Shown here piece by piece: positions 23,701 through 35,800 of a stretch of DNA of 64,000 nucleotides. Source of the DNA: Marsupella aquatica (lineage: Eukaryota; Plantae; Marchantiophyta); the NCBI GenBank assembly GCA_973895155.1, contig OZ316896.1, positions 17,534,754-17,598,753 on the forward strand. The letters are read 5' to 3'. Numbering within the stretch: the first letter of the stretch is position 1; each line of letters opens with the position of its first letter. The notes beneath the pieces were generated by a model. That model had not been told where the DNA came from and searched no databases. It saw only the letters and a list, made by a program, of their open reading frames with translations. Position numbers and translations under genes: made by a program.

Positions 23701-25634
23701 GTCGGTCGCCACTGGTGAAGCTCAAATCATGGTGCTGGTGAGAGAGCTTCTGCCTGTCACTACAGTAGTAGTAGTAGAGACGCTCCAAGCCCAAATGTAC
23801 AAGCGTCTAAAATTCTGAACGGGGGTTTCGCATGCATATTATAGGGGGGCCTTACAAAAACGTCTTTGCTTTTCTTTATTCACTCGAAAATTGACTGGCT
23901 TTCTAAGACATGGGCCCATTGCTTTTTTTAAATAGAAAGAAGCGATGCGCCCCTTTCACTCATTACACCCTCCGAGATTTAATTGATTTAATCCCCTAAA
24001 TAAAAGAAATGAAATCAATTAAATCTGGAGGATGAAATGAGTGAACTGGGCCCATTGGGTCTTTTTATTCTTTTTATCTTTTTTGCTTGAAAGGAACATT
24101 TTACTCATAAGAAAAGTAAATCACAATAAAACCTGAAGTAACAGGCCAGACCCAAACAAGGCCCCAGGCCAACATCTACTCCGAGACTGAACACATTCAG
24201 CCAAGAGGGAAAAGGCAAAGAAAGGTTTATACTAAGAATTAACCCAGAGCATTTAATGAGCATATAGGATGCACTTGGCTTTCCCAAAATTCAGGTGTGG
24301 TGTTTAGGGACCCTACATGGCAAACTATGGGCCTAAGGACATGCAGTTGACTAAACAAGAACTTGGGCCCATTCGGGTATGGCATCTACAAGGACCCGGG
24401 CCCATCAAGGTATGGCGTCTACCAGACAAAGCAGTGGGCCCAGGGAATTTCACTTGGCTTTACAAGAACTTGAGTCTCATTAGGAGCCAATTAAAAGTAT
24501 AGTATCTTCCTATCTACAAAACAAGAAGAAGGGAACCTATGGGTTCAAGTAAATTCAGTGAGGCTTACAAGAACTGGGGCAATGGTGTTTACCCGATGCT
24601 ACAAAGGAGTGGGCCCAAAGAAAGGCAGGTACCTCTTGAGACCATTCAAGTCGTTTATATATCCAGATCCTACCTGGCAAGTAGTGTGCCCAAGAAAATG
24701 CTGATGTGCAGTCCATCTTGAGAACTTTAGGTGTACTTCCATGAGAGGTGGACTTCCATGAGAACAAGAATTAGGGTCCTCCAGTTTGTTTTGGTGCAAA
24801 AAAGTCAAAAGTGCCCGACAGTTTTTGTAAAGTTATACACATAAATCCCAAACGTGTTAGGTATCATGGTACAATCCCAAATGATGGGGGTCCAAAGACC
24901 GGTCTGTAGTGAATAAGGTTTCACATGGGGGTCAAGATAATTAATTCTTGAATCATAGCACAATCCCAAATGAGGGTGACCCCGAGACCGGTCTCTAGTG
25001 AATAGGGTCGGATATGGCGGTCAGGATATTTAATTCTTGGGCAAGAGGGCAGAGATCGGTCTCTAGCTGAACATGGCGGTCACGGATAATTGAATCTACC
25101 TGACTAGATTCATAAGAATCCAATCTTGACTTGCAGACCGATTTTTAGAGTTACGAACCTGTCTACACAAAATTCTAGAACTCCCTATGGCAGCATACGT
25201 AAGAACACAACCAATCTACGTGCTTTACTCGAAGACTTGGAACAGATAAGAGCTTCAATTTCATCCCCAAAAATGTTCAACTGGCTGTTTTTGCCAAATG
25301 TCTTCCTGTCGTCGATTTCCCAAGAGGAGACGGTATGTTGCCCTCTCTAAATTGACCTAATCAGGCAATATGTATATACACGTACCGCCTAAACCTGGAC
25401 ACGAGTCCCGTGGCAGTGGGAAAGATCCCTCCAACTACTTGCAACTAAGTGAAGCTGTCGTTGATCCACATCAACTCGAGGAGCAAGCGAAAGAAATGAC
25501 CCATGTGATGGTAAAGGGACGAAATTCTCATAATCTGCACATTTCAGTTGTCCATCTATGTCGCACTCTCTAACCTGTCTGATAATGTCAAAAACGGAAG
25601 TAAGCTGGAGCACTTTGCCTCCTCTAAAATCATG

Positions 25635-28523
25635 CTATACAGTGTACGACTGCTGAATGTGTTCCATATCCAAACCTTTCATCTTCACCACAGATTCTAC
25701 ATGGCCCTTGAGAGTGTGAAGCTCTCTCAACTTCGCAATTTCAGCGCGTCTCTTTGCCAACTGGGCGATCTCGGGAACATCGGTGTTCGTAGGCTGGAAG
25801 GATGGCGACGAGCCTGCCGCTTCTCCGCCGCCGTCCTGCAGACCGTGAAGAGTTCGCTGTGCGTGTGCCCATTGAGCCTCCCGGTTCTCTTTTCCGAAAT
25901 TCTTCTCCGTACTAAATGCAGTCTTCCTCTGGAGCAGGAGATCCCAAGCACGTCCGCTCAAAACGTAGAAGATGGCGAACTTGATGAAATCGAGAGGAAT
26001 GTATGTGACGATGCTGAACAACCAGATGACCCCGGCCCAACCCCATCCCACTCCTCTGATGGTAGCAAATCCCCAAACGGCATAGACGGCCAAAAAGGTG
26101 GCCACCAGTTGGGCAAGGCAGAAGGCAAGCAGAAGGAGCATGCCCGGGCGTTCCAAGTAGGAGAAGCCTCGCGACCGAGTGACGAAGATCAAAGCTTGGC
26201 TGATGATACTCACTTGCAGATACACAGCGGCAGTGAGCTGGCTCCTGCTACCTCTGATTGACCTCACGCCGAAGCTCTTCGAGAAAAAGTCAGTCTTATC
26301 GGCTGCCCAGAAGAAAAGGACCGTCATCAACGCCAAGTAGGTGCCAATCACTACCCCAGTGGCGAAAATCTCCTTCAGCTTCCAACTGTCAGGGAGAGGA
26401 GACGGAATGACTCTGTCCTTGGAGATGGTCATGATCGTACCATCGTTCAATATGGCAATGACCAGAACCATAAATGGAGAGAAGTCAAACTTCCAAATCA
26501 AAGCGAGCAGGAGGAAGCCCAGGACGATACGGACGGTGATAGAAACCGCGTAGATCGTATAGTTCTTCATCCTCTGGAAGATGGCTCGACTAGTAAGCAC
26601 AGCGTGGATGATGACGCTGAGACCAGGCTCTGTCAGCACGATATCTGAAGCACCACGAGCTGCATCAGTTGCATCAGAAACAGCAATGCCAATGTCTGCT
26701 TTCTTCAACGCTGGTGCATCATTCACACCATCTCCCGTCATCCCACAGATGTGGTTCTGCCCTTGAAGTCGCTTCACAATTTCATACTTGTGCTCCGGAA
26801 ACACTCCTGCGAACCCGTCGGCCTTGAAAATCAGCTCGTCAATGTCGAGCCCTTCAATGGATGCATCCTTGCTCTTTCCAAGCAAGCTCGCAGACGGATA
26901 CATGTTCGAACCCATTCCAAGCCTCCGGCCCGTTTCTTTGGCAATGGCGAGCTGATCACCTGTGATCATCTTCACATTGACTCCCAGCTTGAGAGCCTCA
27001 CGAATGGTTTCGGCACTATCGTGGCGCGGAGGGTCGAAGAGCGGCAACAATCCGAGAAACTCCCAAGGACCACCTGCACCCTCCTTGTTTTTCTCTGGCA
27101 CTTGCTGCCTGGCCACGGCGAGAGATCGGAGCCCACGCTCAGCGAATTTATCAATCACGGAGTGCACTCTGGCAGCAATTTCGGCCTTGTTGTGGGCCAA
27201 GTGAAGAATCTCCTCCGGAGCGCCCTTGGTAGCTCTGTGCCAGATGCCCTCTTCATCGACGAAGGTAATGGCCGTGCGCTTGTCGACAGGATTAAAAGGC
27301 AGGAAGTGAATTTCCTGGATGCCTGCGCGAGCTTCTTTAGGATCCCCCAACATGCCTACGATGGCGGTGTCAATGGCGTCCTGATTCTCCATCCTCGCTG
27401 CTCTAGCTGCAGAGAGCACCACGAAATCTCTATCCACACCTTTCGTGAACACTTCTACGAGATTCTTGTCTACGGTCAATTTGTTCAGGGTCAAAGTACC
27501 GGTCTTGTCGCTGCAAAGCACATCCATACCTGCCATCTCCTCGATAGCAGTCATTCGCTTCGTGATTGCACCCTGTTGAGACAACTTGTGGGAACCGATG
27601 GCCATGGTAACAGAGAGCACAGTGGGCATAGCAATAGGTATGCCACCAATAAGCAGAACCAAAAGATTGTTGATTCCATCACGATACTTCCGTTTCTGAA
27701 TGGGGTACATGACGATAATCTCCACAATAATACCTAGCGCAATCGTGCAAATACAGAAACTTCCGATAGCTGTGAGAACTTTTTGGAAATGCCCCACCGA
27801 CTTGGTGCTGTCTACGAGATATGCAGCCTTGCCGAAGAAGGTGTGCACCCCTGTGGCAATGACCACGGCCTCGATTTCTCCTTGCTTGCAGGTCGATCCC
27901 GAGAACACCTCATCGCCTGGTTTCTTGGTGACGGGAAGCGATTCTCCCGTGAGAGAGGACTGGTCAATTTTTAAAGGATCGCCTTCGAGGAGACGAGCAT
28001 CAGCTGGGACAATGTCTCCCAACTTGATGCTGATGATATCTCCTGGCACTAGAATAGAAGCGTCCTGCTCTCCCCACTTCCCGTCTCGCAACACCTTTGT
28101 CTTCGGCGCCAGGCGAGCCATCAAGGCTGCAGCAGCATTACCTGCGTTGTTCTCCTCGATGAAACTGATAGTTGAATTGATGACAAGCAGCGTGATGATA
28201 CCGATGAAATCTTGCCAATCGGGAGGCCTTCCCTGGCCGTTTGCAAGAGCAATGGCCATGATTGCGGCAGCCTCCATGACCCATGACAACGGATTCCACA
28301 TGAACCCCAGGAACTTCAAAATTTTGCTCTCCGAAAATTCCTGGAGCTTGTTGGGGCCGAAGACGAGCAACCGAGCCTCCCCTTCTTCCATAGACAGTCC
28401 TTCCTTCGTGCATCGGAGCTGTGTGAAGACTTCTTCGACCGGGATGTGCTCCAGGTCGACGGTCTCATTTTGCAAGTCCTCGAAATTCATCAGGCCCGGC
28501 TTGGTCGCCCCGGCCTCCGCCAT
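25635..28523 (-). CDS. AHA: Plasma-membrane P3A-type H+-ATPase, intronless, 962 aa from ATG 28523
   Basis: Contains TGES, the DKTGTLT phosphorylation site, KGAPE, DPPR, MITGD and [16 protein letters not shown]. The C-terminal regulatory domain ends HIQQSYTV (penultimate Thr, 14-3-3 site). The ORF-track start at 28592 is a non-ATG codon. Confidence 0.97.
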   Translation of the reverse strand: MAEAGATKPGLMNFEDLQNETVDLEHIPVEEVFTQLRCTKEGLSMEEGEARLLVFGPNKLQEFSESKILKFLGFMWNPLSWVMEAAAIMAIALANGQGRPPDWQDFIGIITLLVINSTISFIEENNAGNAAAALMARLAPKTKVLRDGKWGEQDASILVPGDIISIKLGDIVPADARLLEGDPLKIDQSSLTGESLPVTKKPGDEVFSGSTCKQGEIEAVVIATGVHTFFGKAAYLVDSTKSVGHFQKVLTAIGSFCICTIALGIIVEIIVMYPIQKRKYRDGINNLLVLLIGGIPIAMPTVLSVTMAIGSHKLSQQGAITKRMTAIEEMAGMDVLCSDKTGTLTLNKLTVDKNLVEVFTKGVDRDFVVLSAARAARMENQDAIDTAIVGMLGDPKEARAGIQEIHFLPFNPVDKRTAITFVDEEGIWHRATKGAPEEILHLAHNKAEIAARVHSVIDKFAERGLRSLAVARQQVPEKNKEGAGGPWEFLGLLPLFDPPRHDSAETIREALKLGVNVKMITGDQLAIAKETGRRLGMGSNMYPSASLLGKSKDASIEGLDIDELIFKADGFAGVFPEHKYEIVKRLQGQNHICGMTGDGVNDAPALKKADIGIAVSDATDAARGASDIVLTEPGLSVIIHAVLTSRAIFQRMKNYTIYAVSITVRIVLGFLLLALIWKFDFSPFMVLVIAILNDGTIMTISKDRVIPSPLPDSWKLKEIFATGVVIGTYLALMTVLFFWAADKTDFFSKSFGVRSIRGSRSQLTAAVYLQVSIISQALIFVTRSRGFSYLERPGMLLLLAFCLAQLVATFLAVYAVWGFATIRGVGWGWAGVIWLFSIVTYIPLDFIKFAIFYVLSGRAWDLLLQRKTAFSTEKNFGKENREAQWAHAQRTLHGLQDGGGEAAGSSPSFQPTNTDVPEIAQLAKRRAEIAKLRELHTLKGHVESVVKMKGLDMEHIQQSYTV

Positions 28524-30436
28524 GGCTTCACCTCTCAGAACTACAACGAGCCCAATTAGTGGAGCTTCTGTGGCGCCTCTCAAAACTACCACAAGCCCAG
28601 GTACTCGACTTCCTTCGATGCTAGAGCACGATCAATACCGCACCCTTCGTGCTGACTGACAGCATCGCAACCACACCACAGCACCTCTTCGTCTCTTCCC
28701 TGAACTCCAGCCTTGGTGTGCGGGCAGAGGAATCAGAGCTGATATGAAGGATTGAAGGAGCTGCAGCGCGGAGTTGACTATTTAAAATCTTTAGCTAACT
28801 CCTCAAAACGCCCTGTGACCTTTCGCCCTTGGCCTTTCACAGGACATTGAAAAACCTCGTGCGACTTCACAGTTGTCAAGACAGTAGGCGGAAGAGCTTT
28901 TCTCGCCGTGCGAGGGAGCAGGTGCTATGGAAATATGGAATGGACTACTTGCCCCCTCCCGGCAAATCTCCCGGCTGCGAGCTTTTATTTGGTTTAGTTC
29001 CGATTCATGAGGACTTGATAGGCTGGCTGGAGCATTGCCCCGCCGCAGGGAGTGATGTGGGTCCCTTCATTTGATACTCCCCGGCTCGTGACCATCCTGA
29101 TAGGTTGCACTGCGGCAGGATGGGCCTGCAAGCGTCAGGAAGTCGGGTGTCCTTTGTAGGGTCAGGACACGCCTATGATGACGCCTTTACTGCCTTTGGC
29201 TTTAGCACTATGCACTGCCAAGAATTACGGAAGGGGGAGAGACAGTAATCTGTAGAGACTCCATAGCCGAGTGACCGAGAAAATACCTTTGACTCCTTTT
29301 CGTTCCATAGTCCATTCGGCTTTGCGATAGCTCCGTGACCACTAGCGGACCTAGAGAGAGGGATGCAACAGACTTCCTTTTAGTTGCCGTTGAGAAGCCC
29401 TAATAATGACCAGGACGAAGAATTCTCCGTGACGACGGGTTCGATTGGTCAATTCAACGGGAGTCTCTGGGAAGTAGTTTTTGAGCCATCGCTGTTGGGA
29501 TAGACCGCACGCATTCCACATGCGGTAGCATCAGTCCAGGGAGGTTGGACCTTGAATTCGGTAGGACCTTGAGTTCGGTAGGACCTCAGGTGGGTCCTTG
29601 GATAAAACAACTATTATTTTCTTGATAGGTTGAATTGCATTGCTGCCAGATGGGTCCAGACTGAACCCGGGGGCAGGAACTAGTAGTGGACTAGTGTACC
29701 GCAATCTCGTGGGAAGGTGGAAGCAGGCCGCTGATGATGCCTCCACTTCAGACTTCTGTAGGTTCGTCCCTAAACTCCCGGGTTTCCAGGGCGGATGCCT
29801 GTTTCAGGTGGACACGGGACTGACAAGCAAATCTCACCTCTCCAGTTCGGCGTTGCCCCTCGATCCAGGGGCATTCCACGGCTCCCTGTCCGCTTCTCTC
29901 TTCGAGACTTTCCTCGCACCGCGATCAACATCTCATGATGGCAGATAGCGGTAGCCCTGCACCACCACAATCCAGTGCCACTCCGGGGCTCCACCTCTTT
30001 CTCGTTCTTGCTCTCCAATTTCCCGACGTGCGAACGTTCTTTTCTTGCTAAAGGAAAATCCACAGCTCTCGCGTCGTCGATCAGATTTTATTTGCAGCAC
30101 ACGGATCGCCGCAGCCTGCCCCAAGTCCAAGCTTCCACCACCCCGCCACCCCGGAGCTTCTTCACCTTCCTCTCACCCCGACCCCAGGAGCGCAGCTGCT
30201 GCTGCTGCGGAAGTGCCGATCCGTTGCAGCCGGTCGACCGGGCGATTTCTCGCCTCTCGAGAAGAGTCGAGGCCCTGCCCGCACCCCGGCGATGCGGCGA
30301 CTCATCATCGTCACTTTCGTCAGCCAAACAGATCGGAAGAATTGCTCTCGTCTTGCGGTCACCACAGTCACACCACTGCTGCCATAGCTCTCCCTCCAGA
30401 GTTCTGCAGAATTTCATCGCTGCATCCGACTAAACA

Positions 30437-30680
30437 GTACTATTTTCTCATACCACTTATTTCTGGAACCATTTCCTGTTACCGATGTCTCAAACGACTA
30501 TTTCTGTTGCTATTTTTACACTACTATTTTCTCAAACCACTATTTCTGGAAGCATTTCCTGTTACCGATCTCTCAAACGACTATTTCTGTTCCTATTTTT
30601 ACACTACTATTTTGTCAAACCACTATTTCTGGACCCATTTCCTGTTACCGGTTTCTCAAACCACTATTTCTGCTAATATT
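30437..30680. repeat. Short-unit degenerate tandem repeat (…ctcaaaccactatttctg…)
   Basis: Recurrent ctatttctg / ctcaaac(c/g)acta blocks with a ~72-bp higher-order period. Confidence 0.8.
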
Positions 30681-31269
30681 TTTTGTGACTAGAACATTGA
30701 AGGACGAGTAGTGGAGTAAGAATCTGTGGTTTTCACAAAATGTGACCATCATGGCAGGGTAATTAACAAGGTGTCTCAAATCTCTTTCCATCACAGTCTA
30801 AGACAAATTCCCAAAATAAAAGTGGCAGTCACTGAAATGTGTGTCCACTCACTCCTGCCTTGGGTAATTAACAAGGTGTCTCAAATCTCTTTCTGTCATA
30901 GTCTAGGCCAAATTCCCAAAAAAAAAGTGGCAGACACTGAAATGTGTGTCTGCTTATTTCTGACCCGTGACCAAAACTGATAGTTTCAGGTCAAATTTTT
31001 CTCCTGCAAACTTCCAAGTTTGAGATGCCCTAATATATAATATACTAATATACTGGCCTGGGTACCAAAAAGTGTTCCACAGAAATTTGTTGGCACCTTC
31101 TAGAATAATTGTTGTCCATTGAAAAATCAATAATGTTGATTTGACCTGCTCATCATGTTGTGACCTGTCTCAAACTGAAAACTCGGATTTCCACTCTCCC
31201 GCGGTGAGTAGGGGGGAAGAATATGAGTTCCATTACAATTGTTCACCAGGGAGTTTGACACAGGTGAAA

Positions 31270-32080
31270 TCATTGGTAAGATTACTGAAAATCCTTTACC
31301 TATGGCATTTTTGTGCTGGTAAAGCAGGGAAGAATACGAGTACTACAAAAATCCTTTCCCAAGTTTCCAAGGAAAAAACCTTTCCTAAGGGGCCTTGGGC
31401 ACAGAAAAAGAGTAATAAAAAGTCTTTTCCACGGACATTCGGTGCGGGTGGATTAGGGAAAAGAATGAGAGTACTACAAAATTCTTTCCCGATGGCATTT
31501 GGTGCGGGGGAAATAGGGAAAGAAAGAGAGTACTAAAAATAACTTTCCCAGGGGCATTTGGCACAGGTGAGTTGGGAGAAAGCATAAGATTACTTACAAA
31601 CCTTTCCCAAGGAATTTGGTGACTTTGAAGTGGGGGAAAGAATGAGTGCACTAGAAAATTCTTTTCTACGGGCATTTGGGTGAATTAGGGGAAACACTGA
31701 GAGTACTAAAAACATCCTTCCCAGGAGCATTTGGTGCTGGTGCAGGAGAAGAAACAACAAGAGTACTAAAACATTCTTTACCACGGGCATTTAGTGCCGG
31801 GTGACTTAGGGGAAAAAATGAGAGTACTAGAAAATTTGGTGCGGTGAATAGGAGAGAGAATCAGAGTATTAAAATATTGTTTCCATAGGGGATGTGGTGC
31901 CGTTGAATTATGGAATATGAGTACCATTAAAAATTATTTCCCATGTACTTCAGATCAGGTCACGACGGCAGGTGAACTTGATTTGTTGTCCCCTGTACTG
32001 TTGAATTGAATTAGGGAACAGAATAGGAGTACTGAAAATTTCCCATTTGTATTTTGTTCTTCTGAATTAGGGGAAAAGTG
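31270..32080. repeat. Degenerate ~58-bp tandem array
   Basis: The unit gagtactaaaaat..tttcccaggggcatttggtgcgggtgaattaggggaaagaat is repeated more than ten times. Stray copies lie near 31205, 32310 and 33525. Confidence 0.85.
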
Positions 32081-32636
32081 TAGGGGTAACCCATGGCCTA
32101 TTGGCCCATTGTCCCCAATAGGTAATAGGCCATGGGCTTAGCAAAGATAAACCCTGAAATTATTTTCACATAAAATTTTGACATTTGGAGACTTGGCTAG
32201 GGTCACTGGGTATTACTAGATTCGGAATCCCTTCACCAGGCTGTTGAGGGGGGTAACCGCTGGGACTCCCCTCCCCTTTACTACAAAGAGAAAAATAGAA
32301 CAAGGGGCTTTAAATATGAGTACCACTAAAAATCCTCTGGTAGACAATAGCTATTGGGGCGCATGCTAAGGGGTTTTGGAGTGATTGGTGGGTTGTTCAG
32401 TCTGGAGGATTACTTGATCCTGGTGGACTTCAGTCCTTTGTGGGTATTCTGTCTGCCTTGAGATTGTTTGGTTTCTGACATTTGGTTTCACCTAGGATCC
32501 AGATGTGGTAGGGGTAGGTGCAGAATCCTCTTTTTTGGATTTGCGCTAATGGGTACTGTAGATGTTCAGAAATTGTAGATGTTCAGAAATTTTTGAAGCT
32601 GCTATATGGTGAATGCACATTTCAGATTTTGTCTTA

Positions 32637-32839
32637 TTCAGATTTTTGTGTCATCTATTTTCATTTCAATCTGCTTTATCAAGGGGCAGCCTTTGTATTC
32701 TATACATTTTTAATTAATTTTTAGACCCCTTTAGTTTCAGATTTTTGTGTCATCTATTTTCATTTCAATCTGCTTTATCAAGGGGCAGCCTTTGTATTCT
32801 ATACATTTTTAATTAATTTTTAGACCCCTTTAGTTTCAG
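32637..32839. repeat. Exact 99-bp tandem duplication
   Basis: ttcagatttttgtgtcatctattttc...tagacccctttagt is repeated at 32637 and 32736. A diverged single copy lies near 38440-38560. Confidence 0.9.
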
Positions 32840-35800
32840 GTATTCTAGAGTGTTTTGAACTTATTTGGCAGCCCCCTTTCACTGTACGTGTTTTCTTAGA
32901 GATGAAACCAAAGGCTCCACCACCACGAGTGAGAGAAATGATGCTGAAGAACATGAATGCATAGCCTCTTAAGTTCTTCTCATGTTTTTCTTTCCTAGAT
33001 TTATGGTTTTTATTGAAAGGAGTGTCATTCATAAGGCACCCTGAGTTAAGTGCACACATCGTAGCATCGTTTGACTGTACCTTTTCGTGGTCACTGTGTT
33101 TTTCTTGGCAGACACTTTACTTATATAATAGCACTTCTATGCTCTCATATTTTATTTATTTTCAGATCATTACAAGACAAAAAATAAAGCATGTTCCAGG
33201 ATGAGCATGCTATATGGTTTTGGCTTTGCTCTCTTGCTGCTCTTTAGTTTGAATGAGTATTTTCTGCTTGTGCTAGATTATGTAATTTTCATTGTTTTAT
33301 GTTTTTGCCTTTGTCCACTCGACTGAATGTGTTTGGTCAGATCGAGGCTGTTGGTTTTGGCCATTTTTGGTGTGACGGGTTACTCCTTGTCTGTATTGGG
33401 TTTTCCTTGAAATATAAGTAAAGTGCTCTGTTCAAGAATGGAAAATATATATTTCCCCAGATAGGTCAGGTCAGGCAGGCCAGGCCAGGAGGTGGACTCA
33501 ATTGTTGTCCTCTGCACCAATGATTTGGGGGAAAGAATAGGAGTACTACAAGTATTCTCAAACGTCTCAAGTTCAATCCCCGTGTCCCACTAGGTGTGCG
33601 GGAGAATTGGAGTGTCTTTGGGGTGGGCCAAGTGCAATTTGCATCTATTGCTGATTGAAAATGTAGTCCCATAACCCAAAAAAAGGTTCTTGGCATTGGG
33701 CGCATCTTGCCCTGGCACCTTGGGTTATGTGTTCCTTCACTCCTTGGGTCAGGCTGATGTTTGTTTGGTTGGTTTCATGTAATACATTCAGCGCTTTGAC
33801 TACATTATTTCTAAAAATGGACACTGGGCCCACTGAAATGTGTGAGGAGGGATTGGCCAGACTGAGTGACTATTGTCCCCTTTCACCAGGGTCCAGGGAG
33901 GAGAAGGTGGCAAATATTTATTATGAAAATCTCCTGTATTAAATTGTAAGATCAGATCTCCCTATATCTATGGATGAGCCCCGCGCCCATCCACCACCAC
34001 CCCCCCCCAACAAATAGGGTAGACAGTTCTACCTCAATCTTAAAAAAGAACCCCATAAATGTAGGGAAATCTGAGAACCGCCCTTCTTGGCTAATAATAA
34101 GAGATCTTGGCCCACACGGACCGCGTTTTGTTTGTAAATCTTAGCCATAATTGTATGGTGAAGACTTTTTCTGGAGGTGCACATATTCACTAAAGAAAAC
34201 ACTGATTGGGCATCCTCGTCCTCGGGCTTGGATGATTATGACCTGGGAAAATATAATGACGTGATTATCCCCATCATAATCACCGGGAAAGACCGTTTAG
34301 GATGGTAAAGTTTCTTTGCTTTTTTTATTCAATCATTTCCCATGAGTTGATGGTGAAAGGAGACTGAGTCCAGAATGCAGAATGAAGGAGGGTATTTTTG
34401 GGGAAATTTTGTTCTCTTACGCAAGTAAAGAAACAAGCCAATTGGATTTATTCGCTCCTGCTCACAATCAAAACATTAAAGGACTATTACCTTCATTTTT
34501 GCCCATTTAACATGTTTGCACTTATTCTGATGGCAGTACCGCATACAACACTTGAATGGAGCACGAAAGTACAGTACCAAAGGCTAGTGCGAGTTTCTGA
34601 GCCCATCATCCAAGTGAGCTCGTCAAAAACATGATAAACGAATTAATGAAGGAAAAAAAACGGAAATGAGACATAACTGACAGAAAGGAAATATCATAAG
34701 CTCAGCTGGGATATTCTTGCAAGCCCCTTTAAATGCGGGTTAGATTTGTCTGTTGTGTGACTCTAGAGTAAATACTTATTTTTATAGATTTCATGCAAGC
34801 TTGGAAATCCTATTCATCCAAAAGGTTTGGGATGTGGATCCCATCTCAACCTCCAGCTCAGGAAACATATGTCCTCGAAGGCACAGATACGAGAAGAATC
34901 AACAAAATAATCTGGTTTATTGCTAGAAGATAGGAATGTTTACACTATTTGTCCATGATTTTGACTTTTCCAGCGGGATTTCCAGACAGGACCAGTTTGG
35001 CTGTTCATTACCTTTTAGCATTTCAATCACTCGTGATGCAAATTGACTCTAAAGTTTGCAACTCCTTTTCATTCCCTTCCATGTTTTAATCTTTATCATC
35101 GACACTGGCTCTTGTAGTATAACTCAATCTCAATGGTTCAATATCTGATCACACAGACTGACTTTGGTAACTTTGTTGACATTTCTGATATGATTAGGAT
35201 GGCTTTAGCTGAGAAAGATTTGTAGGGTCTCCCTGTAAGTGCACATTAGAGTGGAGCCATACTACTGAGGAAGCTACTTAGGCCAGGATTTTGTCCTTAC
35301 TCTGCCATGCTTTGATTCTCATTTTTGAGCACTTTATATAATGCTATGGCTCTGTGCCATTATTGGCAAAGGTCTGTAAGGTGTAACTTTTTGAACTTCC
35401 AACTTCATCCATATTAAGGGGAGAAAATAAGCTCCAGTTCCAGACTATGGTGGAAAATGAGAGGGGAAGGCAGGCAGAGTCTCTCACTTATTTCTTTGTT
35501 CACATTTAAAGAAAGCCAATGAGAGAATAATGCAGGGTGATTCCATTCCAAAATCATGGAAATGAGACAAAAGGGTAGGAGGTCCAATTGGACTCAAGAT
35601 TAGAAGAGCACCAGCAAGGGGCTATACTATCTGGTTTTCACTACACATTTTCTTTGCAATACTTTTCAGGGGTTCTTTTGAGAGAAGAAATGTAATCGAT
35701 GTTTTGGAAGGTGCCCTGTCTTTGATGTCATTATAGGGGCTGTTCTGTATAGGTTTTAGTACAAGCAATGACCTCTTCTTTGTAAAGTACAATACTTCTC

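Noticed and set aside
25548-28659. Long plus-strand ORFs (237, 328, 319 aa)
   Set aside because: Antisense shadows of the H+-ATPase CDS.
29975-30692. GC-rich overlapping ORFs
   Set aside because: Non-ATG starts, no recognisable domain, and they run into tandem repeats.
32090-32136. 13-bp-stem hairpin as a Helitron 3' end
   Set aside because: No CTRR terminus at the expected distance and no matching 5' TC end identified.
33480-33600. tRNA/SINE-like B-box (gttcaatccc)
   Set aside because: No cloverleaf or properly spaced A-box.
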